A program made the translations under genes and the position numbers. Below, in pieces: positions 40,581-50,084 of a stretch of 64,000 nt of DNA. This DNA comes from an uncultured virus (IMG/VR IMGVR_UViG_3300010357_000155). Its lineage: Duplodnaviria; Heunggongvirae; Uroviricota; Caudoviricetes. The notes under the pieces are model-generated. The model did not search any database. It saw only the letters and a list, made by a program, of their open reading frames with translations, and had not been told where the DNA came from. The stretch lies in IMG/VR virus record IMGVR_UViG_3300010357_000155. The stretch is one strand, 5' to 3'. Every line of letters begins with the position of its first letter. The first letter of the stretch is position 1.

Positions 40581-40949
40581 CTATAGCGTAAGAAGTTTAA
40601 AAACATTACCAAACATGTCAAGTACACTATTAAGGCTGTCATTGACTTTAAACAAAGAAGCAATCAATAAAATAAGAACAACAGATATGAAGAAAACATA
40701 TGTAATAGTTTTAAGTTTGATGTTATGAATTTGAACGATATTATCCGGATCTGTAATTATATTACGATAATGCATCTGGTCTAACATAATTTTAAACAGA
40801 AACAATTGTTCATCATCAGTTAAATTATTTTTAAAAATACCTAAAAGTCTTTTTAAGTATTTCCTCTCCTTATCAGGAGTATTCATATATTTAGTATTTT
40901 GGTCGGTTATTTCTTTAAGTGTTTCTTTAATATTTTTATTTATCATCAT
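40581..40949 (-). CDS. Membrane protein with a single C-terminal transmembrane helix
   Basis: ITYVFFISVVLILLIASLF; AGGAG RBS; late-type motif. Confidence 0.65.
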   Translation of the reverse strand: MMINKNIKETLKEITDQNTKYMNTPDKERKYLKRLLGIFKNNLTDDEQLFLFKIMLDQMHYRNIITDPDNIVQIHNIKLKTITYVFFISVVLILLIASLFKVNDSLNSVLDMFGNVFKLLTL

Positions 40950-41005
40950 GATGGATTCTCCTATTATTAGTCAAAAAATGCTTTGAATTAACTAAGGAGA
41001 TTTAA

Positions 41006-41551
41006 ATGGTAAAAACAGTTCTTGATAAGTTAGTAGATCGTTTCTTGGGTTGGAAAGTTCCAGAAACATTCGGTCCTGATTGTGGTGTGACATTTGTCAA
41101 ACCTAATTCAGTTTATCCTGAAAGTTATCCGGTTGGTACTAACCTATTAACAGCAGTTGAAGCTAAAGCTATGTTCCAACATGTTTCAGCTAATATACCT
41201 ATGTTAACTGAGTATTTAAAAGGTACAGGTGTTTCGTTATACACTTACAATGCAAAGGTTGTTAAAATTATAGACGGTGATACCGTCGATGTATTGATTG
41301 ATTTAGGTTTTGAAGTTTACAAGAAAGTAAGATGTAGACTGGCTAGAATAAATTCACCAGAGCTTACCACAAGCGAAGGTAAAATTGCAAAATCTTTTTT
41401 AATCGATACGTTGCCTATTAATGAACCTGTTGTCATCGTCAGTAAAGATTATGATAAATATGGTCGTTCAGTTGCAGAGATCTATTACAAAGAGACTAGT
41501 ATGAATCAGTTAATGCTTGATATGGGTCACGCAGTTCCGTATATCGGATAA
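41006..41551 (+). CDS. Thermonuclease (SNase-like) with extra N-terminal module
   Basis: VVKIIDGDTV, RLARINSPE, DKYGR, MLDMGHAVPY motifs. Confidence 0.85.
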   Translation: MVKTVLDKLVDRFLGWKVPETFGPDCGVTFVKPNSVYPESYPVGTNLLTAVEAKAMFQHVSANIPMLTEYLKGTGVSLYTYNAKVVKIIDGDTVDVLIDLGFEVYKKVRCRLARINSPELTTSEGKIAKSFLIDTLPINEPVVIVSKDYDKYGRSVAEIYYKETSMNQLMLDMGHAVPYIG

Positions 41552-41586
41552 TAAAACATCACCAGGGAATAACCCTGGTGATGTTA

Positions 41587-41892
41587 TCATTTTGTTTGTT
41601 CACCAATAGGAAGGTTCCTTATCTTCTGCATCCGACCGTTACATTCTTTAATAGTTCCTAACAGACTAGTAGAGTAGTCTGTCATTGCTGACTCACGTTC
41701 ATGTGGTTTAAGCTTTAAGTACTCTTCCTTTACAGGTGGTTTCTTTGGGAGGCACGGTTCAGTCAATTCTTCCGGCACACGCTGAGTTACGATCTTAGTT
41801 TCCTGAATGTCCAGTTTGTTGTATTTAGGTGTAGATCCACACCCGACCAGAATAAAACTAAAAAGAATAGTTAGGAACAGTTGCTTGAGCAT
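41587..41892 (-). CDS. Outer-membrane spanin (Rz1-like lipoprotein)
   Basis: Signal peptide with lipobox LVGC; VPEELTEPC...ECN; overlaps i-spanin end. Confidence 0.8.
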   Translation of the reverse strand: MLKQLFLTILFSFILVGCGSTPKYNKLDIQETKIVTQRVPEELTEPCLPKKPPVKEEYLKLKPHERESAMTDYSTSLLGTIKECNGRMQKIRNLPIGEQTK

Positions 41893-42392
41893 TTGGTCTC
41901 CTTCAGTTCAGGGAAGAATGTGTCGAAAACTTCTTGTACAGACTCAATATTACTTGTTGAAAGTTGATCATACTCCGCAATAGGAATAGTAATCTCTGTT
42001 GGTGTGACTACGATCTTCTTGTTGAGTTGATCAATGGTAGCCTTATCTTTCAGTTCCTTTTTAGACTTTACTTCGATAAGCTTATCTTTAACTTTTTCAC
42101 GTTCTTTACTAGAATCAACAATAGCTTTAATCTCAGCCTTGTGTCTTGTTTCTTGAGCGGTTAAGTCAGATTGTAAGTCTTTGTTAATACGTTGTGCTGT
42201 TTCAAGTTCACCTTGAAGACGCGTCACCTCAGACTTAAGATTGGTGGTTGTTTCAAAACCAAACTTAGACAAGATAACATTGGAATTAGAATAAATGAAA
42301 ACAGCAATGATCAAAGCAAAGATGCCAATAAAGATCCCTGCTGAACTCATAACTTTTTCACTGAAGAAAGTTTTAATTGCTAGCCACCACAT
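41871..42392 (-). CDS. Inner-membrane spanin (Rz-like)
   Basis: N-terminal TM helix followed by coiled coil; directly upstream of lipoprotein. Confidence 0.75.
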   Translation of the reverse strand: MWWLAIKTFFSEKVMSSAGIFIGIFALIIAVFIYSNSNVILSKFGFETTTNLKSEVTRLQGELETAQRINKDLQSDLTAQETRHKAEIKAIVDSSKEREKVKDKLIEVKSKKELKDKATIDQLNKKIVVTPTEITIPIAEYDQLSTSNIESVQEVFDTFFPELKETKCSSNCS

Positions 42393-42933
42393 TGTTTCGC
42401 TCCTCTAAAACAGACAGGTAATGCACATAGCCAATCGCTATAGAGTCAATTTCATGTTCAGACAAATCGTCAATATTGCTAGTCATTTTGATTTCGCCAT
42501 CATCCCTCTTCTTAATGAGGAATTGTCTCATAACTTCCTTCTTAGCCATATGCTGACCAGAGAAAAGCTTTTTAACCAACAAAGGTTCAATCAGCTTCAT
42601 ATCCATTTGCATCGGAACAACAATTAGATATTTGATCGAGAAGATAACTTCTAACAATGACCCATAGGCCATTGGTGTTAATGCATTATAGAAAGGAGCT
42701 TCAATAATCAGACGATCGATACTAGGATATCTTACTAGTATGTCTTTTATTTTATTGATGATAGCCATCACCTTGACGGTGCGATTACCGAACTTAGTTT
42801 CAACTACCTTTTCTTCATCGGTAAACTTACGAGCATTTTTAACCAGACAGTTTTCTTTGACAACGAAATCTGATTCTAAGTCTAAAACGGACAATCCACA
42901 GTTGTTAATACCTGGGTCGATGCTGAGTATCAT
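42373..42933 (-). CDS. RuvC-like Holliday junction resolvase
   Basis: ILSIDPG, LIIEAPF, P..VKK, EHEIDSIAIG. Confidence 0.88.
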   Translation of the reverse strand: MILSIDPGINNCGLSVLDLESDFVVKENCLVKNARKFTDEEKVVETKFGNRTVKVMAIINKIKDILVRYPSIDRLIIEAPFYNALTPMAYGSLLEVIFSIKYLIVVPMQMDMKLIEPLLVKKLFSGQHMAKKEVMRQFLIKKRDDGEIKMTSNIDDLSEHEIDSIAIGYVHYLSVLEERNNVVASN

Positions 42934-43023
42934 TTTATAAACCTGTTTTAATATTTAATCAAACAATTTTAGCAAATCCTTAAAATACAAGAGAGACTAG
43001 GTAATCCTAGTCTCTCTTGTTTA

Positions 43024-43878
43024 TTATGGAACTACTACAGAATCATTGATCAACAAAGGTTCAACACTACCAATATCCAATTCAATTTGTACTTGAGTTG
43101 TATTAGCGGTCAGGGCATGATATTGAGATAAGAAAGCAGCAACTTGAGCACAGATCAGATCTGTGTAATTGCTAACTGTGTTACCAAAAGTACCTTGAAC
43201 AATCTTATCAACACCGTGAACCAATGCAATTTCGTTAACGACAGCGTAACGAGCATCACCAAACAGCAAGTCACAAGCTGTTAGAATTTCATTGATGTCT
43301 TGCTGATTCAGAGTGAACGTTACCTTAGCGGTAGAAACAAGGTAATCACCGTTAGGATTATTCAAATCAACATTGCTGAGGTCAGGAGGAGTCGGAGACA
43401 AATCTGACAAAGCAGGAGAAAATGAATTTGTTGTAATCATACCGTCATTCACATTGCGTAATTCAACCGCAGGAATGATATCATCAATGCTAAGTGCACG
43501 CAGATAGTAAGCAACATACTGATTACCACCGATGGTAACAGGTACACGCAAACGATACTTAAGACGCTCAGTTGAGTTCAAATCGTTAGCAACGTCACGA
43601 ATGACAAACGGAATGAAGTTATACAAACTAGCGTGGCGTGGAAGATGTGGCTGCGGTGTTGTCAAAACAAAACCAGAAGTCGTTACATCGTAAGTTGCAC
43701 CCTTATTACCGATACCAAGATAACCCAAAACAGGGTACTCATTGAGACCAGGAACTTCGCTTGCAAATAAATTAAATTTCTGATTCAGTGTGCTGTTAGG
43801 CAGAATCGTAAACGGACGTTTCAACGATTTTGCTGTTTGCAGATGTGCTGAATAGATTGTACGGACTACTGAATCCAT
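43024..43878 (-). CDS. Virion structural protein (phiKZ gp139-like)
   Basis: STLNQKF, YLGIGNKG, IPFVIR..NDL...ER.KYRLR, AYYL motifs. Confidence 0.7.
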   Translation of the reverse strand: MDSVVRTIYSAHLQTAKSLKRPFTILPNSTLNQKFNLFASEVPGLNEYPVLGYLGIGNKGATYDVTTSGFVLTTPQPHLPRHASLYNFIPFVIRDVANDLNSTERLKYRLRVPVTIGGNQYVAYYLRALSIDDIIPAVELRNVNDGMITTNSFSPALSDLSPTPPDLSNVDLNNPNGDYLVSTAKVTFTLNQQDINEILTACDLLFGDARYAVVNEIALVHGVDKIVQGTFGNTVSNYTDLICAQVAAFLSQYHALTANTTQVQIELDIGSVEPLLINDSVVVP

Positions 43879-43888
43879 TTAATATCTC

Positions 43889-46081
43889 CTAAAGGTTTAA
43901 AGCTAAAAATTGTAGCTGGTCAGGATCAGATTGATTCATCACCCAATTAGATTCACCTAAATCATTTAATACTTTATTATTAAATAAAACAGATACTTTA
44001 TTGACTGATTTATAGCCGAATTCCATATTTGGAAGAACATCAATTTCATGACGTTCGAGATACTTATATTGATGATTTATAAGTTCGTTGAATGAAATTT
44101 GTTTTTTATCTGAGGTCTTATAACTTAACCCAACATTCATTTTAAAGAAGTCATAGTAAAAAACTCTACTATTTATATCTTCACTAATAGAACAACGTAT
44201 ATCTTTAGGTCCAGACAGAACAGGACTACTACTGTAGTAGTCGTTAATAAGCTGCACTGTATAGCTATTGAACTTCTTAAAAACTTCAACCAAAGATTTT
44301 TGGATAAGTTTGTAACTGTTAATAAAGTCTAGTTTATTATCATAAAAATTATTAAGAATAGAGAATGTCAATGATTCCATAGCGACATCGTCATAAGACA
44401 ATAAACTATCTAGACCAATACGAACTAAGAAATTGTTAACAGTTTCATCATTGAAAGTGTACTTATCATGTTTACACATTCTTTCAGTCATAAACTCAAA
44501 CTGACCATTAATATCTTTATCATGATAGTTTGTCATTGTTAACCAAAGACCAATATTCAGTTTATAAATTCCAGAGATATATTCTTCACATTGTGAACTT
44601 GTCGTAATAAAACTATAAGGAGGTATATGGTTTCTAATTGTATCTATCGCGTCATGGAACCAATACTGTTCACGGTAGCACATTCCTAATAAATGATCAT
44701 TAGAAGGAATAGTGTCTTTGAAAACGCGTTCAATATGATAATCAGGAAACGTTGTTAAATTAGCTTTATTTGATTTATATAAAACAATCACAAACAGTTT
44801 AAATAGATCTTTGGTATTTAGTTTAAGTTCAGTGTTAGTGACAGGGTCAACAATTGTTACAAGATAATTAACCTTATTTGTCTTTAATAGATAAGCCCAA
44901 TAGTCAATGATTGTTGGGATAAGTTTATGTTTAACTGTATCAGTGTTGTCAATGATTATTGTTTCAAGGTCTTTTGTCAACAGTGTGTTGAATAAAGAGT
45001 TCTTAAATCGATGATCGATTGTTTTGATATTGTAAGTTAATTCCTTAGGATTGCTATGCGTTAGATTAAACTCTTTCGCTTTAATGTTATCCAATGAAAA
45101 GTCATTAGGAGAATAAACTAAATTAGCATTGTTAAGAAGACGTTGGTTACATCTGTACTTAATATAGTCATTATCATCTGTATCATTTTCTTGTTTATAA
45201 ACATAATTGACAATAGAAATATTTCTGTCTGTGAATAACTTATCAATAAGAATGTTAAAAGTTTTATTAGAACCAGCGTGGTTATCAAGATAAAGTAAAT
45301 TTCTGTAAAGGAACAGAGATTGTTTTCTAGATAACTGTGTATAGCTTTCATCTAGATAATGATGACAGGATAAATAGTTTTTGATATGGAATGTATGTGC
45401 TTTTAAAGTCTTGGCATTCTTTAAACGAATAGCCAGTATCTTCATCAAGATAAAATTATAGAAGACATGATACTGACTTGCTAAGAACAGGTTATCTGAT
45501 AAAGCATAATACGGAATCATCCGGATTTGTTTATAGTTATTAATTGCGTCTTGTAGTTCAAAGATAAGATCATGTTCATTCTCTTCAACCAAAGGGGTTG
45601 AATATGAAACAATAGTGAAGTTATCTAATGCTGTTATCTGAGAAATAGTTGAGTATTGCTTATCACAAATAATCGCTTTGATATAAAGTTCTTGTTCAGG
45701 GAACTGATCAACAATTTGTTTATAGAATAAACCATACTTTAATAATTCTTTTTTAGTTTTACGGTGAAGTGATAGTGTTGCTCTATCTAAAGGAATAGAT
45801 GATCCATTGTCCAGAGACGTGATAATGATCTGTGAGTCTAACGGATGGTATTCACCGAACAAATGTTTGTAGTAGCGCCATGAAGCTTTGTCAGATAAAT
45901 CTACATTATGAGTAGGATATGCTAATTTAATATACTCGTTATAGTACTTAGCTTCGATATCATTTTTAATGTTTATAGACTTTGTTAAATTGATGGTATC
46001 TTTAATATAGTTATTTGCTAAGATATTATTACCTAATATCTTAAAAATAATATTCTTTTCAGTTTTATTACTAGATGACAT
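43889..46081 (-). CDS. Virion baseplate-type protein (phiKZ gp128-like)
   Basis: 730 aa; WRYYKHLFGEYH, QSLFLYRNL...HAGSNKTF motifs; near portal gene. Confidence 0.7.
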   Translation of the reverse strand: MSSSNKTEKNIIFKILGNNILANNYIKDTINLTKSINIKNDIEAKYYNEYIKLAYPTHNVDLSDKASWRYYKHLFGEYHPLDSQIIITSLDNGSSIPLDRATLSLHRKTKKELLKYGLFYKQIVDQFPEQELYIKAIICDKQYSTISQITALDNFTIVSYSTPLVEENEHDLIFELQDAINNYKQIRMIPYYALSDNLFLASQYHVFYNFILMKILAIRLKNAKTLKAHTFHIKNYLSCHHYLDESYTQLSRKQSLFLYRNLLYLDNHAGSNKTFNILIDKLFTDRNISIVNYVYKQENDTDDNDYIKYRCNQRLLNNANLVYSPNDFSLDNIKAKEFNLTHSNPKELTYNIKTIDHRFKNSLFNTLLTKDLETIIIDNTDTVKHKLIPTIIDYWAYLLKTNKVNYLVTIVDPVTNTELKLNTKDLFKLFVIVLYKSNKANLTTFPDYHIERVFKDTIPSNDHLLGMCYREQYWFHDAIDTIRNHIPPYSFITTSSQCEEYISGIYKLNIGLWLTMTNYHDKDINGQFEFMTERMCKHDKYTFNDETVNNFLVRIGLDSLLSYDDVAMESLTFSILNNFYDNKLDFINSYKLIQKSLVEVFKKFNSYTVQLINDYYSSSPVLSGPKDIRCSISEDINSRVFYYDFFKMNVGLSYKTSDKKQISFNELINHQYKYLERHEIDVLPNMEFGYKSVNKVSVLFNNKVLNDLGESNWVMNQSDPDQLQFLALNL

Positions 46082-47021
46082 GATTAACCTTTCTGTTAAT
46101 TTGTTTATTTATAACAAAAAGAATTAATTTTTCAAATTCTTTTTCCGATAATTCAATTAATTGTTGATAGTTAAGTTCTATAAGAGGTATATTTTTCATC
46201 TTAGCTAGATCTATTTTATTGCTATCTCTCTTACATTGTTCTTCAAAATCATGGTATGTTTTATGAAAGTAAGGTATCCATTCATAATGCTGTCTTCCGT
46301 GAAATTCTATCAATATGTTTAATTCTGGTAAATAGAAGTCATATTTAAATAGAAACTTCTCATCTGGAATACGATATTGAGGTTTAGATTGTATGTTATA
46401 TTTATCTAATATCTTTTTTATTATATTTTCACCTTTAGAGAATTTACATATTGGACAGCCACGTCCAGATAAATGACTACTAGGTTCTTGTAAAAAATTA
46501 CCATGCTTTTTACAAATAATAATACCTTTAGTATAGTTATTAATATAATTAAATAAGGAATAATCAAATATGTTTCTATGAACTTTATTTGCCTTTTCTA
46601 TGAATTCTTTAATATTCGATAAAAGATATAAACCTTTATTTTTGTCACCACACTTAGGACAACCTTGACCTTGTAAATGCGCAAACGGACTTTGTTCAAA
46701 GTCACCATGTTCAGGACAAGTAATAATTATCTTAGTATATGTATTAACGTAAATAGTTTTTAAATAGCTATAGATATTATTATGTAAAAAAATAGCTTTT
46801 TCTATAAATGTTTGTGTCGTATATGGAAATTGCCCTGAACATTTAGGACAACCTTGACCATTTAAATGGTTAAATAATAACTGTTTAAATTCACCATGAT
46901 CAGGACATATAATTGTGATAGGTGTTTTGGCGTTCACATATTTTATAAATGAATAATCATACAACTCACCATGAATTGCTTTTAATCTTTTTACAATTTC
47001 AGTTTCTGAAAGTTTTTTCAT
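46071..47021 (-). CDS. Putative homing endonuclease, paralog of 9263..10228
   Basis: Three CxxHG.F.Q...HL.G.GCP.C repeats; SKGE...YDFYLP...LIEFHGRQHY. Confidence 0.8.
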   Translation of the reverse strand: MKKLSETEIVKRLKAIHGELYDYSFIKYVNAKTPITIICPDHGEFKQLLFNHLNGQGCPKCSGQFPYTTQTFIEKAIFLHNNIYSYLKTIYVNTYTKIIITCPEHGDFEQSPFAHLQGQGCPKCGDKNKGLYLLSNIKEFIEKANKVHRNIFDYSLFNYINNYTKGIIICKKHGNFLQEPSSHLSGRGCPICKFSKGENIIKKILDKYNIQSKPQYRIPDEKFLFKYDFYLPELNILIEFHGRQHYEWIPYFHKTYHDFEEQCKRDSNKIDLAKMKNIPLIELNYQQLIELSEKEFEKLILFVINKQINRKVNHVI

Positions 47022-47143
47022 CTAAATATCTTATCTATGACAGGTCTAGACATGTGAAGTCCTTTATTGAATAGTCAGAAAATTTGTTTATAAAATAAAA
47101 AAGAAACATCCAGAGAGTTTCCTCTCTGGATGCTCTTATTACA

Positions 47144-49975
47144 TTAGTACTTGATATAGCTATAAGAACCAAACGGCTCATCAGCTGAAAAATCAGGAAG
47201 AACAAATTTAGAAGTATTGATAACTAGGTCATTAGGAACAATAGTTCCGTCGAAGTAAGGAGAGTAATCATTAATATCTGAAGAAAATGAAGCGGTATAA
47301 ACGGTAGAAACAGTTACAGTACCATTCCAACCGCCTAACAAATAAATTCTATTTTTAAGTATAATTGCTTGTGACCAATCTAGAATAGAAGGTATGGAAG
47401 TACCAGTTGTCCAGGTTCCCAACGTACCATCTGAACTAATCGGTGCAGTATACACTGTAGTTGTCCAGCTAGTGCCGTTATAACCACCTAATAAATATGC
47501 ACGATTAGATGTTACAACAGCCTGGGAACCATACAAAGCACCAGGTAATGAATTAGCAGTTGACCATACACCAATTACGCCATCGCTATTAATGGTAGCT
47601 GTATAAACAGTTGAAACAAATGTTGATGTACTACTACTTTGTCCGCTACAAATATAAACACGATTTTTAGTAATAATCACAGATGATGAATACAAAGGAC
47701 CTGGTAACGAAGTGTCTATTACCCAAGCACCAATGGTACCGTCAGCATTAATTGGTGCTGTATAAACAGTGGAAAGAATAGTAGTGGCGTTACTACCTCC
47801 TAACAGATAAACACGGTTCTTAGTAACAACAGCCTGAGAACCAAATATACCCCCAGGTAATGGAAGATCAGCAACCCAAGTACCGATAGTACCATCCAAA
47901 TTAATCGGAGCAGTATAAACATTGGAAACAGCAGCAGTTCCATTGTAACCACCTAACAAATATACACGATTCTTAGTGACAATGGATTGTGATTGAGCTA
48001 ATACAATAGGTAGGGCTGTGCCTGCAGTCCAAGTTCCTAATGTACCGTCTGAATTTATAGCTGCAGTATAAACTGCAGCGGTAGGTGGCATACCAGCACC
48101 AACACCACCACCTAAAAGATAAACACGATTAGAGGTTACAATAACCTGACCCGCACCTATCGCGGCAGGTAAAGCTGTACCTGCAGTCCAACCTGTGATA
48201 TCAGTAGACTGAGTCGTATTGATCTGATACTGTTTTTGCCAAGGTTTACCAGAACCAGGCATCATGTAGTTAGTTAAATTGTCATCTTGATAATAACCGG
48301 AATAATCATTTAAACCACCGTTAATAGATGCGGAATAAATTGTAGCCAGTGCGGAGGTTCCATTCCAACCACCTAATAGATAGACACGATTATTAGTAAC
48401 GATGGTTTGTGAATGCCCTAAAGCACTAGGTAACGGTGTCGTGACTGTCCATGTTCCTAACGTACCATCACTATTAATCTTAGTTTTATAACATGTTGTT
48501 ATATATGTAGCAGAAGCAGTTGCTCCGCCAAATAAATAAACAGTATTTTTGGTAACTAAAACTTGAGCTGCCGCCATAGCGTTAGGTAACGGAAGATCAG
48601 CAACCCAACTACCTAATGTACCGTCACTATTAATTGCAGCAGTGTATACAGTCGATAAAAATGTTGTTGTGTTCCGGCCACCTAACAGATAAACACGGTT
48701 CTTAGTAACAACAAATTGTGATTGCGCAATGGCCTCAGGTAACGCAGTTCCAGTAGTCCAAGCGCCTAACGTACCATCACTATTAATAGGAGCAGTATAC
48801 ACCGTACCAATATAAGCACTAGCATTGACCCCACCTAACAGATAAACACGATTCTTTGTGATAACTGCTTGCGACATAGCTAACACACCAGGTAACGATG
48901 TATCTGTTACCCAAGTGCCGAGTGTACCGTCATCATTAATAACTGCAGTATAAACTACGTTAGTAGAGACGGTAGATGCATTTTCCCCACCTAACAGATA
49001 AACACGGTTCTTAGTAACGATAGCTTGCGATACTCCTAAAACACCAGGAAGAGGTGATCCAGTAGTCCAAACACCTAACGTACCGTCAGCATTAATTGGA
49101 GCAGTGTAAACAGCAGAACTATATGCAGATCCATTTGTTCCACCACAAAAATACACACGGTTCTTTGTCACAATAGCTGACGATGTGTATCGTGCAGAAG
49201 GTAATGCTGTTTCGGTTACCCAACCAATAATCTCTATAGACTGTGTCGCATTGATGTCATACTGCTGCTGCCAAGGGCGGCCTGCACCAGGAATAGAATT
49301 TTGAACAAAGTTATCACCAATCACGGCATATAAATTAGCGTATGTTGTTTTATTGACTTCAGCGCCATTACACTTTAAGAAACCAGCAGGTGTGGTGCTA
49401 TAAGGTTTACGAAGAATATCACCAACAGCAATTCCGCCACCACTAACAAGTGAATCAACATACTGTTTAGTAGCAGCATGTGTGGATAAAGTAGGGTTTT
49501 GACTTAACGTCAAGAATCCAGTTAATGTTCCTCCTGCTGATGAAACACCATCCAAAATACCATAACCACTTAAGGTTGTTGGTAATGTGTTGCTATTGAT
49601 CTTTGACCAATCAACACCAAAAGGAATGTCTGCATCTGTAAGATTACCACCACTTGTAACAATACCTTTAGCATTAACAGTAACTTTACCATAGCTACCT
49701 GGTATGACACCACTATTCGCAAGTGTAAATACACTCCCACCTTCAACTGTTTGTAAATCACCAGTTAAAGCAGGAAGTCTTGCAGCTGATAAAGTTCCAC
49801 CAGTTAAATTACTGGCACTAACGCTATTAAAATATGCGTCGACATATTGCTTAGGAACAGCTTCTAATGTCTGACTAGGGTTGCCAGCCAATAATAACGG
49901 ACCAGAAATATTACCACCGTTTTCTGAAATGCCGCCACCAGCATATCCACCCTGTTCGTAAAGATCAAGTCTCAT
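47144..49975 (-). CDS. Tail fibre / receptor-binding protein with tail-collar domain and two Kelch-like propellers
   Basis: Paralog of 755..2530; twelve TKNRVYLLGG-type repeats in two blocks; collar TPAGFLKCNG...FVLPDF. Confidence 0.85.
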   Translation of the reverse strand: MRLDLYEQGGYAGGGISENGGNISGPLLLAGNPSQTLEAVPKQYVDAYFNSVSASNLTGGTLSAARLPALTGDLQTVEGGSVFTLANSGVIPGSYGKVTVNAKGIVTSGGNLTDADIPFGVDWSKINSNTLPTTLSGYGILDGVSSAGGTLTGFLTLSQNPTLSTHAATKQYVDSLVSGGGIAVGDILRKPYSTTPAGFLKCNGAEVNKTTYANLYAVIGDNFVQNSIPGAGRPWQQQYDINATQSIEIIGWVTETALPSARYTSSAIVTKNRVYFCGGTNGSAYSSAVYTAPINADGTLGVWTTGSPLPGVLGVSQAIVTKNRVYLLGGENASTVSTNVVYTAVINDDGTLGTWVTDTSLPGVLAMSQAVITKNRVYLLGGVNASAYIGTVYTAPINSDGTLGAWTTGTALPEAIAQSQFVVTKNRVYLLGGRNTTTFLSTVYTAAINSDGTLGSWVADLPLPNAMAAAQVLVTKNTVYLFGGATASATYITTCYKTKINSDGTLGTWTVTTPLPSALGHSQTIVTNNRVYLLGGWNGTSALATIYSASINGGLNDYSGYYQDDNLTNYMMPGSGKPWQKQYQINTTQSTDITGWTAGTALPAAIGAGQVIVTSNRVYLLGGGVGAGMPPTAAVYTAAINSDGTLGTWTAGTALPIVLAQSQSIVTKNRVYLLGGYNGTAAVSNVYTAPINLDGTIGTWVADLPLPGGIFGSQAVVTKNRVYLLGGSNATTILSTVYTAPINADGTIGAWVIDTSLPGPLYSSSVIITKNRVYICSGQSSSTSTFVSTVYTATINSDGVIGVWSTANSLPGALYGSQAVVTSNRAYLLGGYNGTSWTTTVYTAPISSDGTLGTWTTGTSIPSILDWSQAIILKNRIYLLGGWNGTVTVSTVYTASFSSDINDYSPYFDGTIVPNDLVINTSKFVLPDFSADEPFGSYSYIKY

Positions 49976-50084
49976 GTTAACTCCTTAAGTTAGCCTTAAA
50001 TATGGTTCACAGAATTCTTTTAATCAATTAGCTGTATTAAAAAAATAAAGGCAGAATTTTGTGACTATATAAAGAGGAATTGCT

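Noticed and set aside
47144..49975. Possible diversity-generating retroelement target (variable loops in fibre)
   Set aside because: No reverse transcriptase and no non-coding template repeat with adenine-specific mismatches visible in the window
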